64,000 nucleotides of DNA from Cenococcum geophilum (lineage: Eukaryota), in contig CP158636.1 of NCBI GenBank assembly GCA_050273025.1, positions 9,300,001-9,364,000 on the forward strand, in the 5' to 3' direction. The position numbers and the translations under genes are program-made. Of the stretch, positions 51,601 through 64,000 are shown one piece after another; the stretch's first letter is position 1; the number at the start of each line of letters is the position of its first letter. The notes beneath the pieces are model-generated. The model searched no databases and was not told the DNA's origin. It was given only the letters and a program-made list of their open reading frames with translations.

Positions 51601-52574
51601 TATCTTCCTTAGTGGGCCATTTCCACGTAGATGTGTTATTTAGGTTCTTATATATAAGCTCTAGGCCCTACTTAATAAACTTATAGGCCTTATCCTCTAG
51701 TATATCCGAGATGTAAAGGATCTAGGACTAAACTATATTAAAGTAGTCCTAGTCCCGGTTAAAGACTCCCTTAATCTTAATATGCCAGGTTTTAAAATTA
51801 GCTTATTATTCTAGTGGGGTGCCTTTTCCGCTGAATATTAGCGGGTCTTTAGATCTCCGTTTTTTTTACTAGGTTACTACCGTTATTATAGGGGTTGATT
51901 GTTTTAGAACGGCGATAGTCTCTGCCTAGGAGTTAATAGTTCCTATTTAGGAGGCAATAAGGGCACTAAGGTTTTCGTTAGCTTTTTTATTGGCGGTGTT
52001 TGTGTTATATATACACTATAGTCCTACTTTAATGTTATTAAGAAACTCGTTAGTATAGTTAATAAAGGTAAGGTAAGCTTTACTAGGCTTAAAGGTCTTA
52101 GGGTATAGTGGGGAGCGGCAGATTATTTACGCGATATTGGGGTATGTCTCTATAAAGAGGTCTATAAAAACGTTGCGGGGGTTCTAGGTTTTAGCTATTT
52201 CGGCGTTATTAGTGTCGCCTATTTAGGCGCTAGGTAAAAACTAAGGATCGTTCTAGGACTGTGCTGGGGATGTATTGGTTTTAGTAGAGGCGCGTATAGG
52301 TCGCGATTGCTCTAGGGCGGAGGTTAATTGGCTAGGGTATAAGGAATCAGTAATCGCGATGGGGCGTAAATTGAAGATACTATAAACTATTATAGTGCTG
52401 CAATAAAGTAGACTAAATAACTACGTTGTGGTATAAAGAGGGGAAGAAGGTGGAAAGGGGGTATTGTATATAAATAGTAGGGCCGGCCGCTAAGTCACTA
52501 GTGGTGGGCTAGCTAACAGTAGGAAACAGTACGAGATAGTATAAAACAGTATGCGTCAGGTCAGTGCCGTGACA
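45659..52574 (-). mobile_element. Full-length Ty3/Gypsy chromovirus (6916 bp), RIP'd, inserted in the Helitron
   Basis: 187-bp LTRs at 45659-45845 and 52388-52574 (TG..CA). TSD GTTTA at 45654-45658 and 52575-52579. PPT AGGGGAGAGAAG next to the left LTR. The minus strand carries protease LVDSGST (~50510), RT AYLDDV (~48730), integrase and chromodomain EWEFEKILD..YEIKWK (~46300-46390). Confidence 0.96.
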
Positions 52575-52579
52575 GTTTA

Positions 52580-55500
52580 GCCGCTACCCCTTATTTCGCT
52601 ACTATGTGTTTAATTAGATTATAAAAGAGCAAGCCCTTAACGCCACCCGCTTCCTTTACGGCCAATTAAATAAGAATAGTCTATCTTTAGATAAGCTTAG
52701 TAATCTTATAAATAGCAATAGGGGTAGCTAGTTACTAAATAAGATTATACGGCATATACGGAACCTTAAGGGCACTAGACCTTACTAGAGGCAGAAGAGA
52801 AATAAGCTTATAGCTTATACTAAGAATATTAAGAGCGGGTCTCTATTCTTTATACTTAGCGCTACTAATCTATATTAGTATAATCTATACTCTTATATGC
52901 CTCTATTTAACAAATATAAGGCTATTAATAAGGCTTAACGCTACTAGATTACTTCTTAAAATCTTAATAATAATCCGCATATTACTGCTTACTGGTTATA
53001 TCGCCGCTTTAATCTGTTTAGGAAGCACGTACTTATAGGCCTATTTAATAGCACTAACTTTTAGTCCTAACATAAGTGGTAGGTATAAGGTAGCGGCTAT
53101 ATATATAGCTTCTTATAGAGTTTAATAGCCCTAAGGCTAGATCCGTTAGCTAGTAAATTAAGGGCTGCTTTTGCTAAGTACTAGGCTACTTTTATATCTA
53201 TAATTAATCCTAATTAATCTAGGCCTCCTAATCTCTAATATCCTTCTACTCTTAGCTATAAAGAACAACTTAACACTAGTAAGCTTTTTACTGCCTACCT
53301 TAATCGATTTTAACGGCATCGCAATTACATCAAATCTTACTACTTAAGATTAAAGAAAGGCTCCACTAAAGTAAAAAAGTGCCGCTTCTATTTTCTACGC
53401 TCTCTTTATAATAAGGCTGCTATATTAAAGAATTAAAATCTATATTACTAAACATTCTGTCCATAGCGTAATAATAAGATTTTTAATAGTTATAATGCAG
53501 CAATAATATTAGCGTGGATGGCGAATATTAATACGTTACCTGCTATAAGTGTATTAGTAATAGTTAACTATATAGGCAAATATTATAGTAAGGAAGAGAA
53601 GAAGTTAACTTCCTACTAGGAGCTACTCTAATTAGTATAGCCGTACGCCAATAGCCTTTATGCCTTTAGTTTGGTAGTGGCTAGGTTTATAAATAAGCTT
53701 ATTACTAAAAGTAATTAGTTAGCGTAGGAGGTATACTATCTACTTCTTAACATTCCCCTTTATAAAGGCTCTAGAAATATAGTAACTTTAAACTACTACT
53801 AGGAGAATAATTAGAGCGCTATATATAAGCTTAAGGATGGGTAACTAAAAGGGCATAGACTATCTAACTATAAGAAATATAAGCGCCGCCCAAATAAGGT
53901 AAAGGACGTTACTTTCCTCAATTTTCTACTCTATTTTAATTACTCTACTTATAAGCGTCGACTAAGAATAAGGCCTTAGGTTATATTGTACTTTCCGCGA
54001 TATAAGGGTAATCCTTCTTATCCGTAGTATCCTAAGTTCTACCGTATAAAGCTTATTCTTTATTACCCGTAGAGGGAGTATAAGAAAGTGGCTACTTATA
54101 CTAATAGATTCGGGGCCCCTAATTATATGGCTTCCTATTAGGCTTACGTTAACTCTTATTAGTACCTACCTAACTACTTCTATAATTGGAAATTAGAGGA
54201 AGCTTATAAAACTACTAATAATATTAATAAGTTTAAGGGCGATTTCGCAGATAACTTGGAGCTATATTAGTCCTTTAAGGCCCTATATACTAGCGTTTAA
54301 AACACTAACGGAGTTAAAATTAAGGATCCTAACAGGATTAGTAATAGGGAGCTTAATTATAACTATAATTGGGGTATATATTAGGGTACATACCCACAGC
54401 TTAATAAGAGGACTTATTAGTAGGAAGCATAGTTATAACCTCTATTATAAAGCCGCCTATCCTAAACAGCAACTCCGTCTTCTTTACAACTAGGCCAGCG
54501 TTATATTTATAACGCTGTAGTTAATTACTATAGGCAGATCGAACTGGGCCTTAGCCCCCCCCCCCCACTATGGATTAATATTAATAGAGAGGTAGGAACT
54601 AGCAAATCGCATCTTATTACTATCCTCTCTACTACGCTCTATAATATGGTAAGGGCTAATAGTAAGCTATCACCATTAGCTTAAGCTGCCCCTACTAGGG
54701 TAACTGCCTTTAGTATTAACGGCAGAACTATATATAATCTATTAAGGTTACCAGTAAACCATCCATTTAAGAAATTGCCTGCTACTAGTCTTACGCCTCT
54801 ATAATAAGCTTTTAAGGATATTTACTATCTTATCCTTAACAAAAAATCTATAATTGGGTAAGTATATCTAGCCTAAATTAATTACCGCCTCCGTCAGATC
54901 TACCCTACGTGTAATAGCGACTATTTTAGAGGCTTAAACATCTTACTAGTAGGCGATTTCCATCAGCTTCCCCCTATAGGTCAGGCGGCCTTATATAGCA
55001 ATCTACCCACTAGGCCATTAGAGCTCGCCAGCTATAGAAAGGGAGTCTATAAGGCAATTAACTAAACAGCTATCCTAAATTAAGTTATATGGCAGGGCGG
55101 TAATAACACTAAAAGCTTTATATTTAGGACCGCCCTTACGGAGCTACGTAGTAATTCTATAAGTAAATTAACCTAGAAGCTTTTTTTAACTAGGTATAAG
55201 CAGGGCCTATTTACTAATAAGGTCACGGGCTTTAATAATATAATTCGGCTATATAGCATACGCGCTGCTATAGGTAAGTATAACACTATTTAGCTTCGCA
55301 ACCTTTTACAGCCAGTAGTGGCTATTAAGTTAGTTAACACTAGTATAGGTACGCGGAAAGTTACTCCTAATTAGTACAATACTATAGAGAATCTAGCCCT
55401 ATATATTGGCGCGAAAGTAATACTAATATAAAATATCTGGGTTAAACTAGGCTTAGTAAATAGTACTCTTAGTATAGTTAAAGATATTATATAGAAGGGA

Positions 55501-55860
55501 CACACGGATATTAAAAAGGATCAGCCTTAGTCACTACTAATTATAGTAGATGGGTATAGCGGACCTACCCTATTCACTTAATAGGATAGTAAGAAAGTCG
55601 TCCCTATATTTTCCGTGCTTTATAAATAGGAGGGTATAAAAGGCTCTTACTTACCGCGTTAATTTCCAATTACTTTAGCTTTTACTCTTACTATATATAA
55701 AAGCTAGGGCCTAATACTTAACTAGGTAGTTCTAGATATTAAAAAAAAAAAAAATAGCTAGGCTAACCTATATAGCAATCTCATAAGTTAAAAAGCTTTT
55801 AGGGTTTATATTTAAACGTAGGTTCAATATAGAACGATTTCAGTCATCTATAAGTAAAAC
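52580..55860 (+). pseudogene. Helitron ORF segment 3: Rep (HUH) and PIF1-like SF1 helicase
   Basis: De-RIP: RHP.FRYYVFN, LKGTRPYW, LFFTLSAADLHWHDL, NPHI, HEWQARGSGHIHGFLW (Rep HUH motif). Helicase motifs IDGEAGTGKS, YLILDEKSMIG, FGGLNILLVGDFHQLPPV, QFPITLAFALTVHKSQGLTL. Confidence 0.95.
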
Positions 55861-58800
55861 TGTTGGATTATAAGGGGATATCACGTAGCTACGGTTCGTA
55901 GATAGTATAATGATTGTTATTATATATATTTCTTCTATTAGGAAGGGCAAAGAGCTTAAGGCTCCTCGCCACGCTAGCGCCGCGGCGACACGTGACGGCA
56001 ACTTGCCCCACATGACGGCAATTTGCCTCACATGGCGGCAATTTGCCCTATTCCCAACACTAGCAACTCTTCTTTTTGTAGTTGCCATCTATAGACACTT
56101 ATAGATTACTACTATATAAAGGTACAAAGCTAAGGGAAGAAAGAAGAAGAAGAAGGGCGTTAGGGGTTAACGCGAAGACGAGTAGGCCGCTAAGGCGCTA
56201 GTCGTAAGCGAGCGAATAGCGATTTTCTATCCCAGGGATGGAAAATCCTAATTAGCTATTTAGAATTAGGGTCTACAGAATCCTTCTACTTCCTTTTAAC
56301 CTAACCTTTAACTCGTATATATAGAGTATTTGTGTTAATAAACGTCTCTAGTGCCTTATTTAGGTTTACCTTTATTATCACATCTACTAGGTTATCTTGG
56401 CCATTAATCTATTAAATCTTAAAGAGTTCTTAACACTTGTAGGATTATTAAAGGGCCATAATATTAATTATAAGACGCTTCTCCTTTATAGTACTAAGCT
56501 TAACTAAACACTTATAGAGGGAATATAAGTCAGTGTATATAATTATAGAAATAGCGGGAAGTTCGAGCCAATCTATAATTATCTTAAGGGTAGTTCCAAT
56601 TGCAATTACTATATTAACTCCGCCAACCATTCCATATATCTCTAACGCTAGAACACTTTAAGTAACGCGCTTACTCTTAGTTAAGCTCTAATAAATAAGA
56701 TTACCGTGGATTATAAAGTTATTCTCTCTAGTAGATTCGTTCGTAATAATAATTTTATATCCTAGCTAGGAGCTAAAATCTTTATTATTTATAAACGACC
56801 CGTTAATAAATATAAAGAGCTTAGCGGTGGGAAGATCAATAAATATATAGAGTAGTCCCCAATCAAGATGGGTTATTTACTAGAAAAGGCGCTTATTTAG
56901 GGCAAGGACATCCTCCTTAGTTAGTTCCTAGTATTAAGCGGCAATAGAGAGATTAAAGGAAGCCTTAGGCTGACAGATAGAAGCAACATAAGCTCCGCAA
57001 GCGCGTTGCTCCACATATCCTTACTTTAGGGAATTAATATTAATAACGTTAATCTTCTTACCTTAACCCTTCTAGCGTAAAGCAATAGAGTCCTTATTTA
57101 GGGAAAGGATACATCTATTAAAGAGCAATAGCGTTATTATATTAAGTCTTTCCTTTAGCTTTACTATAAGATTTGCTTTTACTAGCTTATCTTCCTTAAG
57201 AGCTAAGAATTAATTATCTCCTAAGATGATTATATCGTTAGTTTATATGCTGATAATTCCAAATAGAGTTCCCGTAGTTATAATAAGGAAGCAGGGATTA
57301 AATATAGAGGTAGTTATTAAAAGCTTCTCTTTATGGTGCTTACTATAGGTAGCCTACTAATGAGTTCCTGCCTCTGCAATTCTATATAGTGGCTTAAGCA
57401 CAACTATAATTATATCTTCGGGATATTGGTGGCGAATTTACTCCAGAAGATATACCAGTATTAAGCGCTAAAGGCGCATCTCTAATTGGGTATAGGCCTA
57501 AGTAATATCTCGTAAATAAACTGCCATTCCGTTCTTTATTAAGGAGAAAGCTAGTATAATAATGACTTACTAACTAGCTTATTAAATTATAGGGGATTGC
57601 GTAAGGATCGTCTCCTTACCGTCATTATTGTAGCCTTAGATGACAAGCCTTAATTTCTTAAATGGGGCGTTAGTAGCCTTACCCTTAATCTCATTAACCA
57701 TTCTTGACTTAAAGATACGAATTCCATTAAACTTAGTAGGGTCATACTTCTTAAATTTAAAGACTCCTCTTGTAATAAGACTGTTAATTTCCTGCTTATT
57801 AGATGCTTAGAAAGGAGCTCCTAGAGTTATAATACGACCTTCCTTTTAGAGCTATTTTGCGAGCTTAAAGTCAGCCTTCTCTTTAGCTATTATAAAGGCC
57901 ATTAACAACTTGACTTTACTCTCTATAGCAGTAACAAATTACTCTTTAAAATTAATAAGATATTAGCGATTTTATAATTCCTTTAGGCGACCTCTACCGC
58001 GTCGTGGTTGCGGCACGTCTACTATAATTATATTAGGATCATAGTCGCCTTCTAGGGCACGTTAATTATGGTTCTCCTCTAGGGCATCTTTTAGGGTATC
58101 TTTTAGGGCATCCTATAAAGGCTCAGAACTATTATCTTTATAATAGGGCCTAATAACGGTTAAATGGAATTAAGTAGGTTTATAGGGCATCTAAAGAGTA
58201 TAAGTTTAACTATTAATTGTAATAAGTTTATATAGGCCTAACTATCCTCCCTTTTCACGCTATATCTATACTTCAGATTAGAGTGGCAGATTAAGCGTAG
58301 TTAAGGTATTTGGGCCATTTCTTATTCCTAGTGCGTTATTAACCTAGCGCGTAGCGTATAGACGTTATACCTCCTTTATTACTTTATAAATAGCCTTAGC
58401 TCATTACATAATAGAGGGAAATAGTGGAGAATTGTTAGTTATTTAAGGGTAGGCGCTAAAGACTAATAACGTGGGTATGAGCCCATTTGGGCTAGCGGAA
58501 TCGTTAATGGCCTTAACAGCCATCTATAAGATAATTTCTTCACTAGCGTCCTCTAGTTCTAAAGAAATAATCTTATATACTCGGCGCAATAGCGTATAGT
58601 ATTACTCCACTTTTTTAATACTATTATATGCCTTAACAGGGACTTCCTTAACCTTAATTGCTATTACTTTTACCTATTATCGAAACTCTATAGATAAGAA
58701 GTTCTTTCCTATATCGTGAATAATTTAATTAGGGGGTCCTAGGTAGATATTAATCTAGCATAACTAAAGGGTATCCTATGCGTTTCTAGCTAACATATCC

Positions 58801-61740
58801 CTTAAGAAACGTGCGGCTTAGAAGGAGGTTAATAAGTTAATAGCTTAGAGGACTGGCTTGCCGTTAAGATATATAACATTAATAATAATACAGAAGTTAA
58901 AGTCGTAGTTATCTTTAAGGGTGAACTTAAATCGGCTAGGGGACTTCTAGTTCATTTAGTAGTAATAGCAGTACTTTATAAGATGCTTAATTGCCTTAAC
59001 CTTAACTTTATAACCTGCTTATTAAAGAACCCTAAGCAATTAGTAAACGGATAGGTGGCTAAAACAACGGTGTAGTTAACGTAGCTCTAACTCTTTTAAG
59101 TGACTCTAAGCAACACTCCTTTCTGGTTATTAGAGGAGTAACTAAGGGTAACCCCACTTGCGTACAACGGGCACCTAATTATCTCCCTAAATAAGCATAT
59201 TCTTAAGGTTATTAAGCTTAACGCCTAATTTATCTATATCTTGGATATAGAATAGAAATAGGGTATTTACGGGAATAATATAGAAGGTAATATATCCTAA
59301 TAGGGTTTGGACCTTAATTATGCTAAGAGATATTATAGTACCCTTACTAAAGCGAATTGTATATTGGCCTGCCGTTAATTAGTCAATTTAAACAGAGCTA
59401 TTAAGCTGCTAAAGAGCTTAAACTTAAGGTTCTCCTACTATAGATACTCCTGCGGCTCTAGTATCTGGCATAATACTATAGAAGACGTTCGCCGAGTATC
59501 TGTTGTTAAAGGAGAACGCAGAACTTTCCTTTAGCTTATTAAAGATATCTAACTTTATAATAGAATGGAACGTAGATTGGTTATTAAGGATAGCGACGGT
59601 TTGTATACTATTTACCTTACCATACTTAGTAAAGTATTAGTTGGGAGAGTAGTCCTTAATGTCTATATCCATAAGGAGCTATTCGGCCTTATTAACCTTA
59701 TCCTTAAGGTCTTCTATGCCTTTATATTAAACCAGAAAGCTTTAGAAGTAGGCCACAGTAACCTTATAATTTCTAACGTTTCTTATACTCTATCGGAACT
59801 TATTATATACCTCCTTTTACTTATTAAGAGAGTGTCTATTTAACTAGCAATTTGGCTTCTTATAAACATAGCACTTCTTTTAATAGTTATTCCGAAATGA
59901 ACCTCTATAAGGACCTCCACAATTACTTTATAGTTAACGTTAATTATACCCTCTATTATATCCCCTACTCCGGCCACCATATATTTAATTAGTCTAGTTA
60001 TAATTATATTAGTCTAGAATCCTAGTTTAAATAGGGTTTTTAGTATAGAATTATTAGAGTTCTTATATTCGCATTATAGTGCCTACAGCAAAGCGTAGTT
60101 CGGCATATACTCCTTTAAATATATTTATAGGTTTATATAGTGCCAAGTTATACTTAGGAACGCTATAGCATGCTAAGATAACCTAGTCCCTTAAACTGTT
60201 CTCGTTTTAGTAGGTTTCGGTAAAACCATATTAGATTTTCTAGAGTTTATTAAAGAGTAGTTAAAGACACTCTAGGCAAGTTATTATCGGGTTAAAAGTA
60301 ATAACTCTCTAGAATATAGTCTCCTGCTATTTAGATATATAGAGTTAATAGTTTTTATCGGTTTCGAAGTAGGCTCTAGTAAGCTAAAGCATTACATTAA
60401 AGCTATAGTTTTTACCTGTAATATAGTCGTAATAGAACGTTACTACCCATCCCTTTAATATAACAGAGAAAGCATAATAGAACTAATAGCGTTAAATTCC
60501 GACCTTATTGCAGCAGTTATAAAAGACCTATAGTTTTGCTCCAAGCATGTCGTATAATTCTCCTCCAAACTTCTTCTCTTCGTCTAAATATACCTTTATT
60601 AGATTCGTAACTTCTTAAGATAAAGGCTTATCAGTTGGCTAGGATAGAGAAGTTAGAAATAGTAGAGGTAGAGGAAGAGCACCTCTAGGTAGGAGAGCAC
60701 CTTTAGGTGGGAGAGTAGCGTTTTAGAGGTTTCATTCCGAATTAAAGTTGCCTTCTAAAGAATATAGGTTAGTTTTAGGTTTCCGTAGTTAACGTATAAT
60801 CTTAGCTTCCGTCTATACTAGTTCTTCTATACTAATAAGAACGGCGTAAATATTACTAGCAATTAGGTTACTGTCCTTAGTAATATACACCCTATTCCTT
60901 TAGAGGGAGTCTTAAAAATCCTAAATAATATTAACATTGCCAAGTGCCTAGGTGTTAGCGGTCTATCCTACAAAATCCTCCCTAAAGTATTCCCATAACT
61001 ATAAATTGGCGTAATAGCTATCTTAGTAGAATAGAATATAGTATAGGAGAAAGCTATTAACTTATTTTGCGGTATAGGTTGTTATATTAAAGGTAAATAC
61101 GTCCTAATCTTTATTAATAAGTTTCGCGTATATAGCTACCCCTAGTAGTAAGGAGTCTCTCTAGTTGTTTAAAGTAGCCATAGTTATATCTTTAGAGGAA
61201 GGGAATATTAGTAGTATAGGGATTGTTATTTAGTACGCGTTCGTAACATATATTTACAATTATAGGGCTTAGGACTAGTTCTAGCCTTAAATCACAAAGA
61301 CTTATAAAGCGTGTTATTCTACGTAATAGACGCAAGAATCTATAATCTAGGGAAGGCTTAGGACCAGTTCTGGCCTTTAAATCCTTGGATTTATAGAAGA
61401 GTTTTATTTAGGGTTTAGGACTAGTTCTAACCTTAAAAGATAGCTTCCCTTAGTACGAGTAGCACTGGTATAGTGGCTTGTCTCTTCTTGGTGAATACCT
61501 AGCTGTTCTATAGCATAACTATAAAGTTAACCACTAATCAGTATTGGATCACAAGGGGATATCACGTAGCTACGGTTCGTAGATAGTATAATAATTATTA
61601 TTATATATATTTCTTCTATTAGGAAGGGCGAAGAGCTTAAGGCTCCTCGCCACGCTAGCGCCGCGGCGACACGTGACGGCAACTTGCCCCACGTGACGGC
61701 AATTTGCCTTATATGGCGGCAATTTGCCCTATTCCCAACA
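55861..61740 (-). mobile_element. Full-length Ty1/Copia LTR retrotransposon (5880 bp), RIP'd, inserted in the Helitron
   Basis: 199-bp LTRs at 55861-56059 and 61542-61740. TSD AAAAC at 55856-55860 and 61741-61745. On the minus strand integrase (~58.4-59 kb) precedes RT (RDITQAYT ~57500, LYGIAEAGTHW ~57370) and RNase H (TDSYSLYECLVKLGTTKEKRLMIDIMAL-like ORF 56448-56630). Confidence 0.95.
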
Positions 61741-61745
61741 AAAAC

Positions 61746-61812
61746 TAAAGAGGTATAATAAGAAGATTTTATACAGAGGCAGTAGCAACTACTTATAAAC
61801 GACTTTTCCTAA
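61746..61812 (+). pseudogene. Helitron ORF segment 4 (C-terminal end)
   Basis: Continues the frame across the AAAAC TSD: ..FQSS.SK|TKE.RQEDFIQRQQQLL.NDFS*. The true 3' terminus of the Helitron is not resolved. Confidence 0.65.
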
Positions 61813-62087
61813 ATAGGAAATTATATACTAGCTTAGAGGTAAGCGGAGAATATAGAATTCGTCTCGGTTTCCTAATTTTTAAACAGCTTAACTACAAAAT
61901 CTAATTTTCTAAATTTTAACCCCCCTATCCGTTCTACCTTCTTACCACTTCTAGAGCTATTAAATATACATATAATAGTATATAGGGAGAATTAGCAGTA
62001 CTGCCAGATTAATATTACTGCTGTCTATAGCGTTAATCGATTTTTAGAATTTTTTAAGTTTTTTTTAAAGGGCGGAAATGTTGCTTA

Positions 62088-62800
62088 TATTAGGAGTTAT
62101 ATAACCTCCAAGAATACATGCTACTTAGGACAGCATATTAGCAGCCACGACTTCTCTATACTATAGTTAAGATTTTATATATACCGTACCTAGAGCTACT
62201 TACAATAACTATTACCTATAGATCTACCAATTTATAAATTAAAAATTAGACGTAGTTAGAGCTATTAGTAGGGGTCATTAATCGTACTCCCCGTAACAAA
62301 ATTTTAGATTTTAGTAATCCAAACTAATAAATTAAATTAAAAGTTCGGAACGTCTAAATAAGGTTCTACTAAAATGCTAGCTAGACCCTAACCTAGACCC
62401 TTTCTAACCTATTAAATTCTAAAAATAACAACCTCTACTAAATTAAAAATTAACCTTATCCTTAATAAGCCATCTAATTAGATTTAATAGTTCTTTATTA
62501 TCTAAGACACAGCTAAAACTAATAAGGTATAGCAGTATATTAACCTATCTAAGAAGAAAAATAATCTTCTAAAGCTAGAACTACTAAGTCGGCCTATACT
62601 AAGGGATATACTACCTACGGCTATATTAATAGTAAAGCTAGACCTAAACTAGCTTACTACTTATAACTAGCTCTACGCCAAATATAAGGACGATCTACGC
62701 GTACACTAGAAGTAAAAATAGGCTATAAATAATATTAATAACTATATCGTTTGCCCTATATTGGTAGCCTACCTTTTACTTATTAACAGCCTTAGTAGTT
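62088..62800 (+). mobile_element. Truncated Copia-like remnant: probable LTR (62088-62298) and gag N-terminus
   Basis: A TATTA..TAACA-bounded ~211-bp segment, then de-RIP INLILDKPSDWIQWFFIIQDTAKTNKVWQYIDPSK..LPKLEPPSRP, resembling fungal Copia gag starts. Confidence 0.55.
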
Positions 62801-62942
62801 AGTTATATTAAATATTTAAGGCGTCTCTACTACTGTAGTAGCCACTATAGTAACAGAGACACCCTATATTTTGGTAAGCAATTAAGCCTATCTTATATAA
62901 GAATCTTATACTATTAATACTTACTAAATCACGTGCTTGTAG

Positions 62943-63679
62943 GGCCTCCTCCTGTCTATAAATACTCCCTCCTCTATACCTTCCTCTTTTCTTCTTTCTT
63001 CTTCCTTATAAGAGCTAGAGGTGCTCTAATATCCCTCTCTAGTCCCCACTAAGGGATCTATTAGTTGATATAGCAATATAGATAGTATCAGACGATAAGA
63101 CGGGCAAGAGAGGATAGAAAGGATAGAGGAGCCTCCGGTATATATTAGTCGAGCAACGTCACTAGCTATATTATAGCTGCCTAATCTCCTATACTCACAG
63201 GCCTCCTCCCGTCTATAAATACTCCCTTCTCTATACCTTTCTCTCTTCTTTTCTTCTTCCTTATAAGAGCTAGAGGTACTCTAATACTCCTCCCTAGTCC
63301 CCACTAAGGGATCTATTAGTTAACGTAGCGATATAAATAGCATCTAATAAGGAAATAGGTAAGAGAGGAGATAGAAAAGACGGAGGGGCGTCTAGTAGGT
63401 ATTAGTCGAGCAATATTAATGTCTATATTATAGCTGCCTAATCTTTTATTCACAGGCCTCCTTCCGTCTATAACTACTCCCTCCTCTATACCTTTCTCTC
63501 TTCTTCTTTCTTCTTCCCTATAAGAGCTAGAGGCGCTCTAATATTCCTCCCTAGCCTCTACTAAGGGATTTATTAGTTAATATAGCGATATAGATAGCAT
63601 TGGACGAGGAGATAGATAAGAGAGGAGATAAAAAGGACGGAGGAACCTCCAGTAGGTATTAGTTGAGTAGCGTTAACAG
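62943..63679. repeat. Three tandem copies of a ~256-bp unit
   Basis: Units start GGCCTCC at 62943, 63200 and 63455 and share CTATAAATACTCCC..TATAAGAGCTAGAGG..CCACTAAGGGATCTATTAGTT. Confidence 0.92.
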
Positions 63680-64000
63680 CGGTTTTTGTTACCCAAAAAT
63701 TGCGTTATATAACGATATTTGGGAACGCAAATATATACCCCCGTCCTATACTTATACTACTACTAAATATTCTAGATTTTGCACTAAGAGCTGCTTATAA
63801 TAGGCATTTCTAAAAAATCTACCAGTTTAAAGCTCTATAATTAAACATTATTAACGTTTTATATAGGGGTTATTAATTAAGCTCCCGGGATATAATTTTT
63901 AAAGTTTAACACTATACTAATATTACGACCTTCTTGCAGTAGCTAAGCCACCCCTAATCTCCTCCCCCTCCTCCCCCCTCCTATTACTCGGCGCTGGGCT

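Noticed and set aside
55840..59843. ORFs 55840-56088, 55910-56104 and 59565-59843
   Set aside because: They overlap the Copia LTR or run antisense to Copia pol, with no independent coding evidence.
61813..62130. Canonical Helitron 3' end (hairpin + CTAG)
   Set aside because: The weak hairpin near 62093-62110 falls inside the probable Copia-remnant LTR and lacks a correctly spaced CTRR; terminus left unresolved.

Overview
Ascomycete fungal genomic DNA. About 90% of the window is AT-rich, TpA-saturated sequence typical of repeat-induced point mutation (RIP), so most genes can only be read after mentally reverting TA to CA/TG. Layout: (i) 1-3482, the 3' part of a RIP-inactivated Ty3/Gypsy chromovirus with its 3' LTR. 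(ii) ~3.9-9.7 kb, a small GC-balanced gene island holding a Zn2Cys6 transcription-factor pseudogene, an intact F-box-like gene, a GNAT pseudogene, two MITE-like elements and an intact secreted protein built from two tandem domains. (iii) ~10.3-61.8 kb, a single Helitron Rep/PIF1 ORF split by three minus-strand insertions: a complete ~33.6 kb Starship giant transposon (11205-44836), a full Gypsy element (45659-52574) and a full Copia element (55861-61740). The Starship has AGTAAAA/TTAC direct repeats, asymmetric terminal inverted repeats and a DUF3435 tyrosine-recombinase captain, with BTB, FunK1 kinase, GNAT, small kinase, chromodomain and orphan cargo. (iv) A Copia gag/LTR remnant and a triple ~256-bp tandem repeat at the right end. 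Protein calls in RIP'd regions come from manual de-RIP translation and recall of family motifs, not from database searches.
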